64,000 nucleotides of DNA, from contig LSRY02000034.1 of assembly GCA_001643675.2 (NCBI GenBank), forward strand, positions 62,001 through 126,000. Direction: 5' to 3'. Shown here piece after piece: positions 49,201 to 61,681 of this stretch. Source of the DNA: Monocercomonoides exilis PA203 (taxonomy: Eukaryota > Protista > Preaxostyla). Under the pieces are notes generated by a model. That model made no database searches and was not told the DNA's origin. It saw only the letters and a program-made list of their open reading frames with translations. The stretch's first letter is position 1, and each line of letters starts with the position of its first letter. The translations under genes and the position numbers were made by a program.

Positions 49201-52200
49201 AATGCGAATGATGCAGCTGACGTCGGAATATTTGTATTTGTCGCTGATAAGAAGAGCGGAATCAACTGAAGAAGCGAAACTTTGCCAAAACTGCGATGAA
49301 GCAAAAAAGACAGCGAAAAACAATCGCTTTTAACGAGAGAATTTGAAGAAGGATAATTTTTGTCGGTTTTTTGTGTTGATTCGGATGTGGATGAATCAAT
49401 TTCTCCGGTTGATTTGAAAACTGACAGCTGAGTGGGGATTTTGAAAGAATTAGAATTAATCAATGATGAGGAAGAAAAAGAGGAAGATGTTGAAGACTTT
49501 GATTGCAACTGCGCTAACATGTTGCGTTTCTGATCTGTATTTGCCATGCTCGCAAAAAGTACTTCACGAGACAAATAATTTTCGTTCAACATAAATTCAA
49601 AAACTTTTATGTGATGTTTCAAAGAAATTGAAGTTTCATTCAAGTTGTTATCTGTGTGTTGCTCTTCAATTATCCATTGGACAAAGTTACCATCCTCAAA
49701 ATAAGAATTGTTTATTCGAATTTTGTTGTTCTTTTGTTTTGCATCGCTTGAAGTTCGAATAATTCCATCTGCTAAATCATTTCCATCTTCTTTAGAAATT
49801 TCAATTTCCTTTCCTTTTTCTTCCTCCAACTTGCTTTTAGAATGTTCTAAATCATCTTCATTGGCTTTTTCAGTTTTATCCTCCGCTATAAATTCATTAT
49901 CTTCTTCTTCTTTTATTTCTTTTTCTTTCAGGCATTCATTCTCATCGGAACAATCACCATCCTTTCCATTCAGAATATTTTGTGTTTTATCATCCAAAAC
50001 ATACAATTTTGATGAATCCTTTTTTGGAATGTTCAGCACATCCACAATCTGAACATAATTTTTATCCAACACCAAAAGCAGTAAATTATCCTTCACTGCA
50101 AAATCGATCGTTTTCCAGCCAGCTTTCGGCAGTTCGATGAAAAAGGGTGAAACATTATTGCATTGCTGTGTGGAGTTATCAGACGGATAAACAGGCAGTG
50201 GCTGAGAGGAAATAGGCAAACAGTCAAAAGTAGCATGGTTTGGGTCATCTTCATTCATATCAGCTTCTCTTTCTTTTTCCTTTTGATTTTGGCTAAATAA
50301 CTTGGAATTCATTGCGGAATGCAACTTGGGCAAGTCATTTTGCCGGCGAAAAGAAAGTAAATCACGCTGTTTTAATTCTCCTAAATAAGAACTTTCATCT
50401 CTTAGAAACGTGCTCTCTGGCATCAAAGAAGAAGTCAGCCTGTTAAAAAGACTCTGATTGAAGAGATATGCAGAAATTGGCGTGTGAACTGCCGTTGTCG
50501 TCTTTGCTGGAATAGTTTGAGAAGAAAATGGCTGAGAAAACGAGGAACTATCTTGTTGGGGAAGATTATTAGCTTTGGCTATTTTTTCAGTCAACATGTT
50601 TTTTTTGGTTTTGCTTTCAGATTCATTCAAGATATGGGCTTTCGGATATTTTATTACTAAATACTTTCCTACAGTGGAATTCATCTTGCTTCTAATCTTT
50701 GCTTCTTTCAAAGCAATTTGCTTTCGTTTCCTCAAAATCGAAGATATTTCTGGCTTTCTCCATAAATTCTTGAAAAAATCTCGATAAACAGGGTGAATGA
50801 GGCAAAGCGGAAAAACTGGTACAGAAAACCTTCCTCTTTCTTTAACTTTTCCAGAAAACGTTTGAATTCCAACAGATGAAGACAAATTCAATGAGTTCAA
50901 TGACACGTCCATTGAAGATGGCACGATGGAGTTCACGCTTCGCTTGTCTGAGCTGCTTTCAACAGACATGAAAGAAAACGAGGAAGAGTCAACGAGAGAG
51001 GATTGAGATGGTTCAGGCACTGATAAATTTTTCGCTTTTGGCAGTGCGATTGACTTCTTGTGAATGTACACGAATCCGTCTTCGCTTTGATGCTTTTCTT
51101 CTTCCTCCTCCTCCTCCTCTTCTTCCTCTTCCTCTTCCTCCTCTTCGTTGCTTTCTTCATCCTCCTCTTCTTCCATTTCTTCTTCTTCTTGTACCTCCTC
51201 CTCTTCCTCTTCGTCATCATCATCTTCTTCAGTTTCCTCTGCTTCTTCTTCTTCTTCATATTCTTCTTGATTTTCATATTCTTCTCCTTTTTTTATTTCG
51301 TCTTTGGCTTCATCTTCAGAAGTACAGCTTGTCTGATATCTCGTTTCTCTTTCTCTATCACTTTTTTTATTCTTCTCGTTTTTTCCTTTTTTCGATGATT
51401 TAATCAAATCGATGCTCAAACAAATGTTTTCATTGCACTTTGAATTCTGAAGAAATGAATAATTCCATCTTCCAAAGCAATCACAGAAATCTGACGCGTC
51501 AAGAAAAGGCGGAAAAGATAGAGAAAATGGCGAGGGATCTGCAAAAAGCGGAAGCGGCGGTGGAATGACTGAAGAAAACGATGGCAAAACAGGAAAAGAA
51601 GCAGAAGATGATATTATTTCTCTGTTTTGCGATGCAGTTGAATGAATATGCGTTTGATTTTCCTTTATTTCTTTCGCATTCTCAGAAAGCAAAGAGGCAG
51701 ATGAGGTCATTCCGCTGATTGGAAGAACGCAAACGAGACCTGTTTGAGGGTATGGAATAAGAACATAAGGAACGTTATAAAGAAGAACGACTTTGCATGG
51801 GCAGCAGTGAGTGAAAGAAGAAGCAGAGGAAAACTTTTGTTCAGAAGTATCTGTATTTGAAGAAGGCAGATCGATGGATGGATCAGATGAATCCTGCTTT
51901 CTCATAATTGACTCGACAACTGGTAGTTCAAAGGGGATTGATAGAGAACAAAGATGACGAAGAGGAAATGTTTCTTCAGTTTGATGAGAAAATTCATCAG
52001 ATTCCGATGAAGTTATTTCACTTCCAGGCATTAAGGAGCTTGTTGGCATTGCAGACGACAGCAATGAAAAATCGCAGTTGTTTGAATGTTCGCAGTAATC
52101 GTAGTCTTTTTGCTCATGTTTCTCCGAAGCAGCACATCGCAAAGGAGAAGGAGGGCACGGCGCAACCAAATTGCCTGCAGAATTATTTCTTTTGCTTTTT

Positions 52201-53857
52201 CTTGCGAAATCAATCTGTTTTTTGGAGTTAACATTTGGTTCCAAGTTGTTATTTGTAAGTAAATTAGTATTTGGGAAAATATGTGCATTTATTGAATGTG
52301 GAAGAACGAAAGAAGAAACAGATAAATCAGTGTGATTGTCTGTCTGGCGAGGAGGTGGTGGAATAGGTCGAGAAAAATCTGAACAGCAATACAAAGAAGA
52401 AGTCTGTGTGATTTGAGCTGCGACTCGCCGTGTTTCTCCGAAATGCAAAGCATCCGCTTTATTTTTGTAATTCGTTTTCATCTTTCGATCAGAAGGTTTT
52501 TTCGAAGACTGTGGAATGAACGCAAAATTTGAATGAAAGTTGTTCGGAATTGAAGGTGCATCTTCATGAGACAACGAAGAAGAAGATTGATGACTCGAAT
52601 TGTTGGAATTTTGAAATGTTAATTGAGAAAAGGTTGAAAGAGAAGGTGTAGGTATGTAAAAAACGTGAAGAATGAGTTCCTGAAATGCAGTTTTTGATAA
52701 ATGCAGGAATGACTGGGGCAAAGGTAATCTATAAATGGGTATTGAGCTCACAAATTTGTCTGTAACTGCCTTTGCCATTTGAGCATTCTTCAAAATAAAC
52801 CGTTGATTATCAATGTCATTTGATTTTTCTGTTTTGTCCAGAAAATCTTTCTTTATTGAGTTATCTTGTTCTCTCAATTCTTTGGACTCACAGATATCTT
52901 TAACCAGAGTTACCCAACTTTCATTGGAGCTTTCTCCTTCTTTAAAATTATCCTTTTCACATTTGCTTTCATGACTAATCTCATCGGATTTAAATTGACT
53001 TGAACTTTTTCTTTCCTTTTTGCCTAAGATCTTCTTTTCTTTAGTAAATATTTCCACTTCCGCTTCTTTGTTATGCTTTCCTTTGCCTTCATCAAAATAT
53101 AATTTACGTTTCAGCATCATTGACTGTAATGAACTTTTACGCATTTCACAGTTGACTTCTCTCTGACATAAAACCAAAAGAATATCGGGGTTAGAGTAAT
53201 GTGTTGCCCATATGGAATTTTTGCATTGATGCATGCAAGAAATTCGCAAGATACAATTCCAATTAATTGTTTCATAACATTCATCACGGCTCGAAGGATG
53301 TGAAACCACATATTGCAAAATGTACGATGATGAAACGACAATTAACGATGGTCGTTGTTGATGAAATTTTTGCTTTGATTTGCATGAGTGTTGATTTTGA
53401 ACTGTTTCAGAAAGATTTCTCGCGCTTCCCACCCAATAAAATGAAAGAATATCATCAACCAGTTCTCCTTTGAGCACAATTTCTAATTTGTTTATTGCTT
53501 TTTGATATATAATGTATATTAGCTTTATGATAAAAATTAAAAACATTTGTTTAATTTTTTCTTAATAAGTCAAACCAAATGTTGAGAATCCGCTTTAAAA
53601 GCAAAACAGTTAAAATACAACGAATATGAAAAAGCGGTGCTAAAATAATTTTCGACTCTTTAAGTCAAAATAAAAGAAATAAAAATTCTAAAATAAAAAT
53701 ATACAAATACTTTTTCAGACCCGCTTAAAAGAAGAGTTTCAAATAAACAGCGATAAGGTTCGATATCAATTTCTGATGCTATTTCGTGGATAATGATTTT
53801 TTTAATATCATTGTCTTGTGTCGATTGAATATTTCTGTTTTCTCTCAATTTGATCAT
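43299..53857 (-). CDS. RMC1: RMC1/Mic1 (C18orf8, regulator of MON1-CCZ1) homologue, greatly expanded (~3,480 aa); exons 53857-53721, 53657-53576, 53522-43299
   Basis: Motifs collinear with RMC1 as I recall it: DILSFYWVG (~ILGFCW), IDFAVKDNLLLLV...QIVDV (~FALNVVDNLVVV...IFDI), and Mic1 domain RYNELIFVLKSRIIPDHPEIVHQLL...LALQISSRL...IILLMGDVERA (~LHQFLQYHVLSDSKPLACLLL...LSLDMLKRL...VLLSKHQVLAA). Two short GT-AG introns give an in-frame N-terminus. Confidence 0.7.
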
Positions 53858-54307
53858 TATAAATATATAATAAATTGTTTCAAATATTTGTTTTCCAACA
53901 ACTTTGTTTTGCTTCATATTTCTAATGAAAAGTAATATTTTCTAAATCTTGAATTTTTAAGAAGTTTTAAAAATGAATTTTTGAATGTATTCATTTATTT
54001 TGATGATTTCGTTTTAATTCATAAATATTTGATTAATAGCACTTTTCTGGAAGCTCGGTTTTAATCATCATTCATTTTGCCCAATTTTTTGTGACTGTTT
54101 TCGAACTGGATTTTTTCTTAAACTGTTTTTAATCGAAAATTCTGCATGAACTTATCTTTAACGAACGAAAAAAGTGACATTTCAAAAATTGGGGGATAAT
54201 ATTAGCGTTTATTTTTGAAATCATATCTTTTTTCGGGGTGTTCATTTTTTGAAGACTGATCGTTTTTTGATAGCTAATTTAAATTCAAAAGAGGAAAAGA
54301 ATTACTG

Positions 54308-55534
54308 TCATATATATATTGGTTCCAATTTTTTTTTTTTTGGTACCTAAAATTTTCTGGTTTTTTTAAGCTTTTGCAAATACAGAAAAATAAGCAGAAA
54401 CCTTTAAAACATCATTATTTACTATTTCCGTGAATATTTTTTTACCTTTTCCGTTTTTACAAAAAAGATCTTGAAATATTTATTTTACAAACGCGATCAA
54501 AGACATGCTCGTATTTCCACGAGCTTTTGAATTTGATAGTTTTTCTTGTTGATGTTGTTTTTAAACTTTTCTTTTTTATATTTTTGGTTATATTTAAACA
54601 ATGAGAACCCTTTTTTTTCTATAGATTTCACACCTCATCATTTTTTAGTAAAACTGAAATAAAAACAAAGCCAATATTATTTAAGCCTTTTTTCTAATGT
54701 TCAAATAATGTATTATTGTTTGTTGCAAATATGTGATGTGGGTGATTATTTTTTAAATCATTTTTTTTCTTCATAAAATTTTTGGTTCAAAACTTTCTTT
54801 TGAATATTAACAAATGAACAGTGAAAAGTGAAAAATCTGATAAAAAACATTTTCATCTTTTATTCGGAAAAATCATTTCTTTTTATAATAGTTGTGGTGA
54901 TTGTTGCATTTGAATATTAAATTTCTTCCCAAAGGATAACAATCTTTGAAAAAACAACACCCCGAAAAAAGTTATGATTTCAAAAATAATCACCCATGTG
55001 GAAAAAAATTTTTTAACAAAAAACAAGTGGCACACAAAATGAGAAAGTTGATATTTTGTTTTTCGTGTTAAACTCATCATGCACAAATATAAATCTATTT
55101 GAGCTGTTATATATGATATTACACTTAAAAACGCATTGATTGAACATAAGAAAAAAGGCTTAAATAATATTGGCTTTGTTTTTATTTCAGTTTTACTAAA
55201 AAATGATGAGGTGTGAAATCTATAGAAAAAAAAGGGTTCTCATTGTTTAAATATAACCAAAAATATAAAAAAGAAAAGTTTAAAAACAACATCAACAAGA
55301 AAAACTATCAAATTCAAAAGCTCGTGGAAATACGAGCATGTCTTTGATCGCGTTTGTAAAATAAATATTTCAAGATCTTTTTTGTAAAAACGGAAAAGGT
55401 AAAAAAATATTCACGGAAATAGTAAATAATGATGTTTTAAAGGTTTCTGCTTATTTTTCTGTATTTGCAAAAGCTTAAAAAAACCAGAAAATTTTAGGTA
55501 CCAAAAAAAAAAATTGGAACCAATATATATATGA
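54308..55534. mobile_element. Foldback/MITE-like element: inverted arms 54308-54704 and 55140-55534 around a ~435-bp non-coding spacer
   Basis: The arms are reverse complements (TCATATATATATTGGTTCCAATT...ATGTTCAA). By eye they differ only in poly-T length and about one substitution. Ends lie in TA repeats, compatible with a TA target. Confidence 0.85.
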
Positions 55535-55673
55535 ATCTATTTTCTTGTGTGGAGCATTTGGAACAATCTTCTCAAAAAAGAAGAAGAAAAGGAAGGCGAA
55601 AATAAAGAGGATGAAAATAAAGATTGTTGAGATAAAATAAAAGAAGATTGGAAAGAGAATTGAGAAGTGGATA

Positions 55674-57684
55674 GGGTTATTATTTAACCCCCACCTTTTT
55701 TTTCTCTGACCTATTTTTTTATTACAAATATTTTATGTTCCACTTTTTGAAATAATAACTTGATTTTTTGTATTAAAGTATTCTATATTGAATTTTTAAA
55801 ATGTTTTTTGAAATGAAGCCTATTTCTCATTGAGAGAGAGAGAGAGATGGGGAAGTTCAAAACCTTTCATCAAGCTTCCACGAGAAGTTGGTTGGTTTCA
55901 AGGGGAACAGAGCCACTTTGTTCATTTCAAATCATTTTTTTTTAATTTTTTTGTGAAATTCAATAACTTTTAAAAAAAATATGAAAATTAGATCAAAACC
56001 TTAATACAAAAAAAATGAAAATTCTTATTGAACAAAACAGAAAAGAAGGGAAACAAAAATTAAAACATGCCATGCTAAATTTTCATTATTGAAAGAATCA
56101 AAATTCATTAGAACGAATGGCACATATCATGAATGATGGCGTCGTCAGGATAACACAAGCAATCAATTCTAAGCAATTCAGCCGCAGCAGCATAAAAAAC
56201 GCAGTTCGGGTTTTGCGAACAAAAAGTACAATAGGAAGACAGGGGAGACGGCAGGTTATTAACAGAGAGAAGGAAGAAACAGTAATGGACGTTATTAAAA
56301 TAGACTCCGTTTGTGGAAGCAGTTTGATAATGAAAATAATAAGAAAATTGGTTTGTTAAAGTTTTTTATTGTAACAATTACATTTTTTCTTCAGATGGAA
56401 AATGTTTAGAACGACACAAAAGAAGAAAACGAGCCACATATCAAAGTTTCAAATGCTGCGGAGTCCGGGTTTTTGAAGCGGCATCCCGAGTTAAGGAAGA
56501 GCAAACCAAATGGTTAAGACATAAATCGGTTGAATGTGTCATGTCAAACCGTGATGAAGCCCTGTTATCAAATGGTAACAGGTCAACACGAAAAAGATCA
56601 TTACACACCTTCATTTTTATTCAATGTTGATGAATCATCTTTGCGAGTTCCATCTCCTGACAATATTGAAGTTATCCATCCATCTGGATAAAGCGCTGGG
56701 TATTGCAAAGAAGCACAAAGAATGGACAACGCAATACTTGTTGCTGTCGTTGCTGCAGATGGTTATTCATTGCCTTGCATCATTCTCTGGCAAAGTGTTA
56801 AACAACCGGACGAACTGAAGCCTTTTCTCTCTCCAACTCTGGACATTTGGCCCAATAAAAGTGGCTGGATGGACAAGCTAGATTTCAAGAAATATGCAGA
56901 AACAGTTCTTCTCCCTTCCATCGTTGAAAGGAGAAAGCGCATGTCACTGGAAACAGAGAAATGCCTTCTTTTCATCGACTCTCATCCTTCACGCGGTGAT
57001 CCTTCAATTTGAAAAACTTTCTAGAATATAACATAGATATCGAAACATTCATCCCCCACAGTACTCATTTGCCTCAGCCACTCGATAGAGGAGTATTTGC
57101 GACTCTCAAAACTTCTCTTTCTTTTTCATTTGATGTTCTATCATCTGCATCATCGTCGGCTTCGAGAAAAGCAATTGTCGACGTGCTTCCTCAAACAATT
57201 TACTCCGCTTTCACTCCTTCTGTCATTAAAAAAGCTTTTATTCAAAGCGGAGTCCTTCATAATACATTCAGTCCGGTTCTTCGCAAACGACCGAAATCAT
57301 AAAAATATCCACTTCCTTCCCATCGTAACAGTTTTGATTGTTTTGGAAAGTTAATTACAAAAAAAGAACTTCTCGACGATTGGGATAGATTTTTGGGGAG
57401 AAATGAAGAAAAGGAGAATGAAAAAGACATGAAACAAATGATAGAAAACGAAAAAGATGAAATGGTTGAATTCAAACATAAAATCAAAAGAAAAAAAAAA
57501 CGCTCTGTTGTTATTTATGATGACCCAAACGAAGAGGAAAACGAAGAGATGCAAAGAAAACCAGGAAAAAAAAGATAATTCGAAGAATTGATTCTTCTTT
57601 TGTATTTTTTTAAATTTTTCTAATTTTTTAACTTCAAAAATTTGGGTCAGAATAAAAAAATGGGTTGGAGTTAAATGATAACCC
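55674..57684 (+). mobile_element. Pogo/Tigger/Fot1-like (DDE_1) DNA transposon, ~2.0 kb
   Basis: Imperfect ~45-bp TIRs (GGGTTATTATTTAACCCCCACC...CTGACC and GGTCAG...GGGTTGGAGTTAAATGATAACCC), flanked by TA at 55672-55673 and 57685-57686. Confidence 0.88.
56117..57578 (+). pseudogene. DDE_1 (pogo/CENP-B family) transposase pseudogene with a putative intron at 56351-56394
   Basis: GFLKRHPEL (end of CENP-B HTH), FNVDESSL, AADG...P, SGWM, LLFIDSHPSR, PHSTHLPQPLDRGVF. In-frame stops (TAG ~56407, TAA ~56515) and frameshifts. Confidence 0.88.
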
Positions 57685-57686
57685 TA

Positions 57687-59654
57687 TTGAAGATGAAGAA
57701 GGAACATCGACCGAATCATAATTATTTTTCCATATGTGCTTTTTTCTATCATCTTCCACAGTTTTTCCCCCTTTTTTCTTCTTCCTTCTTTTTTCTTTTC
57801 TTCCTCATCTTCTCCTTCCTTCTCAACCAATACCATCATCTTCACCATAATCCCTTTCAACTATTCCACTCAACTGACCTTTCTGATCATCTCTTTTTCT
57901 TCCATCGCGATGGATGCATCAAAACAAGGCAGACATTTTATGTAGTGTGTTTCGACAATGATAATCTTCCCTTTTCAGCAGCTGGTTGATGAACTTTGCA
58001 ACAAGTGCTTGTCCAACATTGCTCATTTAGCGCTCGCCAAAATATCATCCAACACAAACACCCTCTTCCTCGTCCAACAAAATGGATTGAGTTTCTTCAA
58101 AGTTGTCCTCATACTTCACCATTTCCTGATTGGTTATGTCTTCATTCACCCACTTCTGCTTCGTCTCCAAAGGGAAGAATAGACAAGTCTTGTTCCGAAA
58201 AGATACTTTAAGAAACGAGCGAAGTGGACGGGGGAAAAGGGAGTGTGGAAGAGGATGTTGGATTTAATGGTGATGTTGAAGATAAAAGGAATCTGGAATG
58301 GGAAGGAGGGAATAACGGATTTGTGATGCATATAAGAAGAAGGAAAAAAATAAATCAGAAAAAGAAAAGATAAATATAATGTTTATCAGTAACAAAGAAA
58401 AAAAATGAAAGAACAGAAAATAATAAATATTTTTGCTCTTTTGACTTGCACGCCTAAGACGCATAAGCCACATTTCCTTTCAAATGACATTTCCATTCCA
58501 AACAGATAGCCTCTCTTTGAATCAATGCTAGCAGTGCTGACTCGCAATGATAATATGGAGGAAGAGGAGAGTGCGTGAATCCACTGATGGAGAGGGAGGA
58601 GAGGGAGGGAGAGAGAAAGATAATGAAGAGTATGGGAAGAGGAAAAGGCTGAGGAAGTATGAGTCATCTAGGCCATTCAACCTGATGAAGGCGGAGCGTG
58701 AGAAGCAGAGGAAGGAGGAAAGACAATGGTGACAAGAAGAGGCTGATGATACAGCAGCTTCAAAAATTGTCAGCGATGATCAAAACTTATCTTTCTCTTG
58801 TTTTCCCTCACTTTCACTCTTGAAAACTTCTTGACATTCGAATTCTGTTTTGTTGCTTTTTTCGTATTCTCTTTCATTTTTGTTGGCAACATCAAAGCGA
58901 CTCCATGCAAATGGTGCATTCATCAGGCCTATCACAATATCAATGCTATTATTATTTTTAATATTGTTCTCTTCTTCTTCTTTCCCTCCTCTTCTCCCTC
59001 ATCTCCTTCTCCACTTTTTAATATGTGGATAGTCTCGTTTGCCCGCAGAAGTATCTCCATTCCATTCATGTCTGCTTTCTTCAAAGAGTGACCATTGAGA
59101 GATGCTCTAAGTGATTCAACGATTCTGATTGAAGGAAACAAGACAAGCACTTTCAAAAGGAAGATACTGCCAGAAGCTCAATGAAACAAACAAAATGAAT
59201 GTGAGTTCCTTCACAAATGATTGCAGGTTGCTTTTGAAGCCATCAAAACAACACAAAATGATGATTTTCCAAAAAACGAAACAAGCCTCTTTGGAGACAA
59301 ATACACATTAAGTTGTATCGCTTTAATATGATAAATGTATTGAAATGAATTCAAGATCCCACATGAGCTTGGTTCTGCATGTTGCATAAATCTTCCTTCT
59401 CCATCTCAATTTTGTTCATCTTCGCTCAACTTTAAAATCTTTTGGAATAGAACCTCTTTCAATGCTTGGCTATCACTGCTGTCCATTGTTGCTTCGAGCA
59501 GCTTCTTTGGCATTCGGTTTTTAAGTTTCCGAGCTACAAAAAATGTTAGTTGCGAAGGGCAAATCCCCTCCATCCATCCTCCTTCAGCCTGAACAACCCA
59601 CACAAAAAAGGAACGCATTACAAAAGAATCTCGATGTTTTATGATTTTTATCAA
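57687..59654 (-). pseudogene. Decayed ABCC/MRP-type ABC transporter (TMD1 + NBD1 remnant)
   Basis: Collinear remnants across shifting frames: ALKEVLFQKILKLS (TMD1, ~59470-59425); ESALLALIQRE...HLKGNVAYAS* (post-Walker A/Q-loop, ~58543-58450); EQDLSILPFGDEAEVGE*RHNQSG (signature, ~58196-58125); VFVLDDIL (Walker B, ~58060); VGQALV...LLK/GKIIIVETHYIKCL (H-loop, ~58020-57930). Confidence 0.72.
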
Positions 59655-60239
59655 TTATTCAATCTTAAATTTTTGCAAAAACCATCAAACACTCTGAAAT
59701 TGCAGAAAAAGTCATTTCGATGAAGGAAAGCTTCCAGATAACTCAAAATGTGAGTATCGAAAAAGAAAAATAAATGAATGAATTTTTATTTAAAGGAGCA
59801 TTGAAGTGCACACACGATTTATGAACAAACTGCTCTTTTTCATCTCTTCTTTGAAAAGATCTTTTCAAAGTCTTTTGGCTTCTTCTTCATGTTGTTCAGA
59901 ATGTTGAAATGAAAATATATTTTTTTTCACATTCTGCACCAAATATGTGGAATATTTCCCTTTTCGTTGAAGATTTCAATCGAAATTTCATTCATCTCAA
60001 TGATATGAATGATTGTTGGTCCGATCAGAAAGAAATATAATTCTTTCGTATTTTGCTAAATACTTCCAATACCTTTGGCCTCTTTGTGATTTCGATTTCA
60101 CATTCATTTTCCTTTTAAAAAAAGGATTTGAGTTTGGCCTTTATTTTGTTTTGTCAATTATAAACATGGAAAGTTATTTTTGATGATATTTTTTTATTTG
60201 AAGTTTTTAAGCATATTGATCTTTTCCATAATAGAAAGA

Positions 60240-61681
60240 ATGGAAATGCTCAAAAAAGATAAATCCAATAATGATGTTCAGGAGTCTTCCCTTTCAGAGA
60301 AATATTCGAGTTTTCTTTTATTGTTGTATTTTATTTGATCACATGTTTTATGATTTTTGATGATCATGGAAGAATTGTTTGATCAGTTGGAGCGTTGCAA
60401 TGAAGATGAACAAAGAAAGAAAATAGAAGAAATGAATGAAGTGATCGATGAAATGGATGAAGAAGAATTTGAATCCATGTTCACTCCAGTACTGCTCAAC
60501 AAAATGCACAAAATGTTTGTAGAAAAGAAGCTTTTGATGAATGACGCACTCGTGCTGTTGAAACACTTTGGATATTACAGGGTATTGAAATTCTCGCATG
60601 TTTATGGAATTGAAGAAGCTTCGTTTTACGAAAGATTTGAGGAGATGATCATTGATGAAGAAATGAAAAAGAAAGAAAAGGATGAAAAGCTGCTTGTTGA
60701 TCTGTTTGAATGCTATCTTTTGCTTAACAACCGGTTCAATTCGATATTGTTTTCAATTTGTGTTCCCTGTCTTATGAAAGTTGCATTGAAGAAAGAGGGA
60801 AATGAGGAAACACAAAAAGAAGTGGAAATGGCATTGCTGGCCTTGAGCAATGTTCTATATTTAGTATGAGAACCACTGACTTGTTTTTTTGATGTTTTTG
60901 AATCTCTCACTTTCTTTAAAAGGATATGGGGCAAGAACTGAATTTGAATGATATCAAAGAGATTATCCAATATCAGCAGGAACATCATAATCTGACACGG
61001 CTTGCCTATCAGTCTGTTTGGCAGTTTTTAATTTATCGATTTTTCAACGACAAAAGGTTGGAAGATGCTATTGCGAATGAGCTGCATTTAGCGAGAGAAG
61101 CGAAAAAAGAAATGGAAGAACTGATGATTTATGTAGATTGGAAGAGAACAGAAGAGGAAAGAGAAAAAGAAACAAAAGAAGAACTTATTTTATTGAGATG
61201 GCTCGAAGTATTGAACCTTTATTTTTCTAAGTGCAGATTGCGGAATGAAGAATTTGTTGGACTTGTTGGAAGCATTGTTCGGGTGTTTCGAGCAGCAAGG
61301 GATAATTACAAAGAAATAAGCAATCAATGCGTTTATTCATTGAAAAAAGCAGCAGAAAGCAGAGCTGGGAAAATTGATGACTTGCTGAAAAGTGGTTCTA
61401 TTGATGCTGTTTTGGATGAAATTCAGCAACAAACAATGAATGACAGAATTGTGAGTGATCTATTGAGTTTTTTTATGGTCGTTTTATGGAAATTGGAAGA
61501 AAAGGAAAAAGATGAAAAGGAAAAAGCGAAAAGAAAAGAGTTGAAAAGAAAAGTGTTTGAAAAGATGGAAGAAGAAGGATATGAAGATATCATCATCTGG
61601 TTAGGCCATTATATTTACTGTAGTGCATTTGGCGATTTTCAGTTGATTAAGAATTGTTTTGATTATTTTGTGTTTTTATAA
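60240..61681 (+). CDS. Member of a lineage-expanded alpha-helical (ARM-like) protein family; exons 60240-60309, 60373-60863, 60923-61681
   Basis: Two short GT-AG introns (63 and 59 nt) give a continuous frame: SEKYSKLFDQLE...EKLLVDLFECYL...QKEVEMALLALSN...HHNLTRLAYQSVW...FEKMEEEGYED. A paralogue lies immediately downstream. Confidence 0.8.

Noticed and set aside
55672-55680. Telomere-like TAGGGTTA
   Set aside because: Single unit that is part of the target duplication and TIR, not an array.
55684-57674. piggyBac-like TTAA|CCC ends
   Set aside because: The inverted repeat extends outward to TA|GGGTTA, the transposase is DDE_1, and the TA empty site restores the host reading frame.
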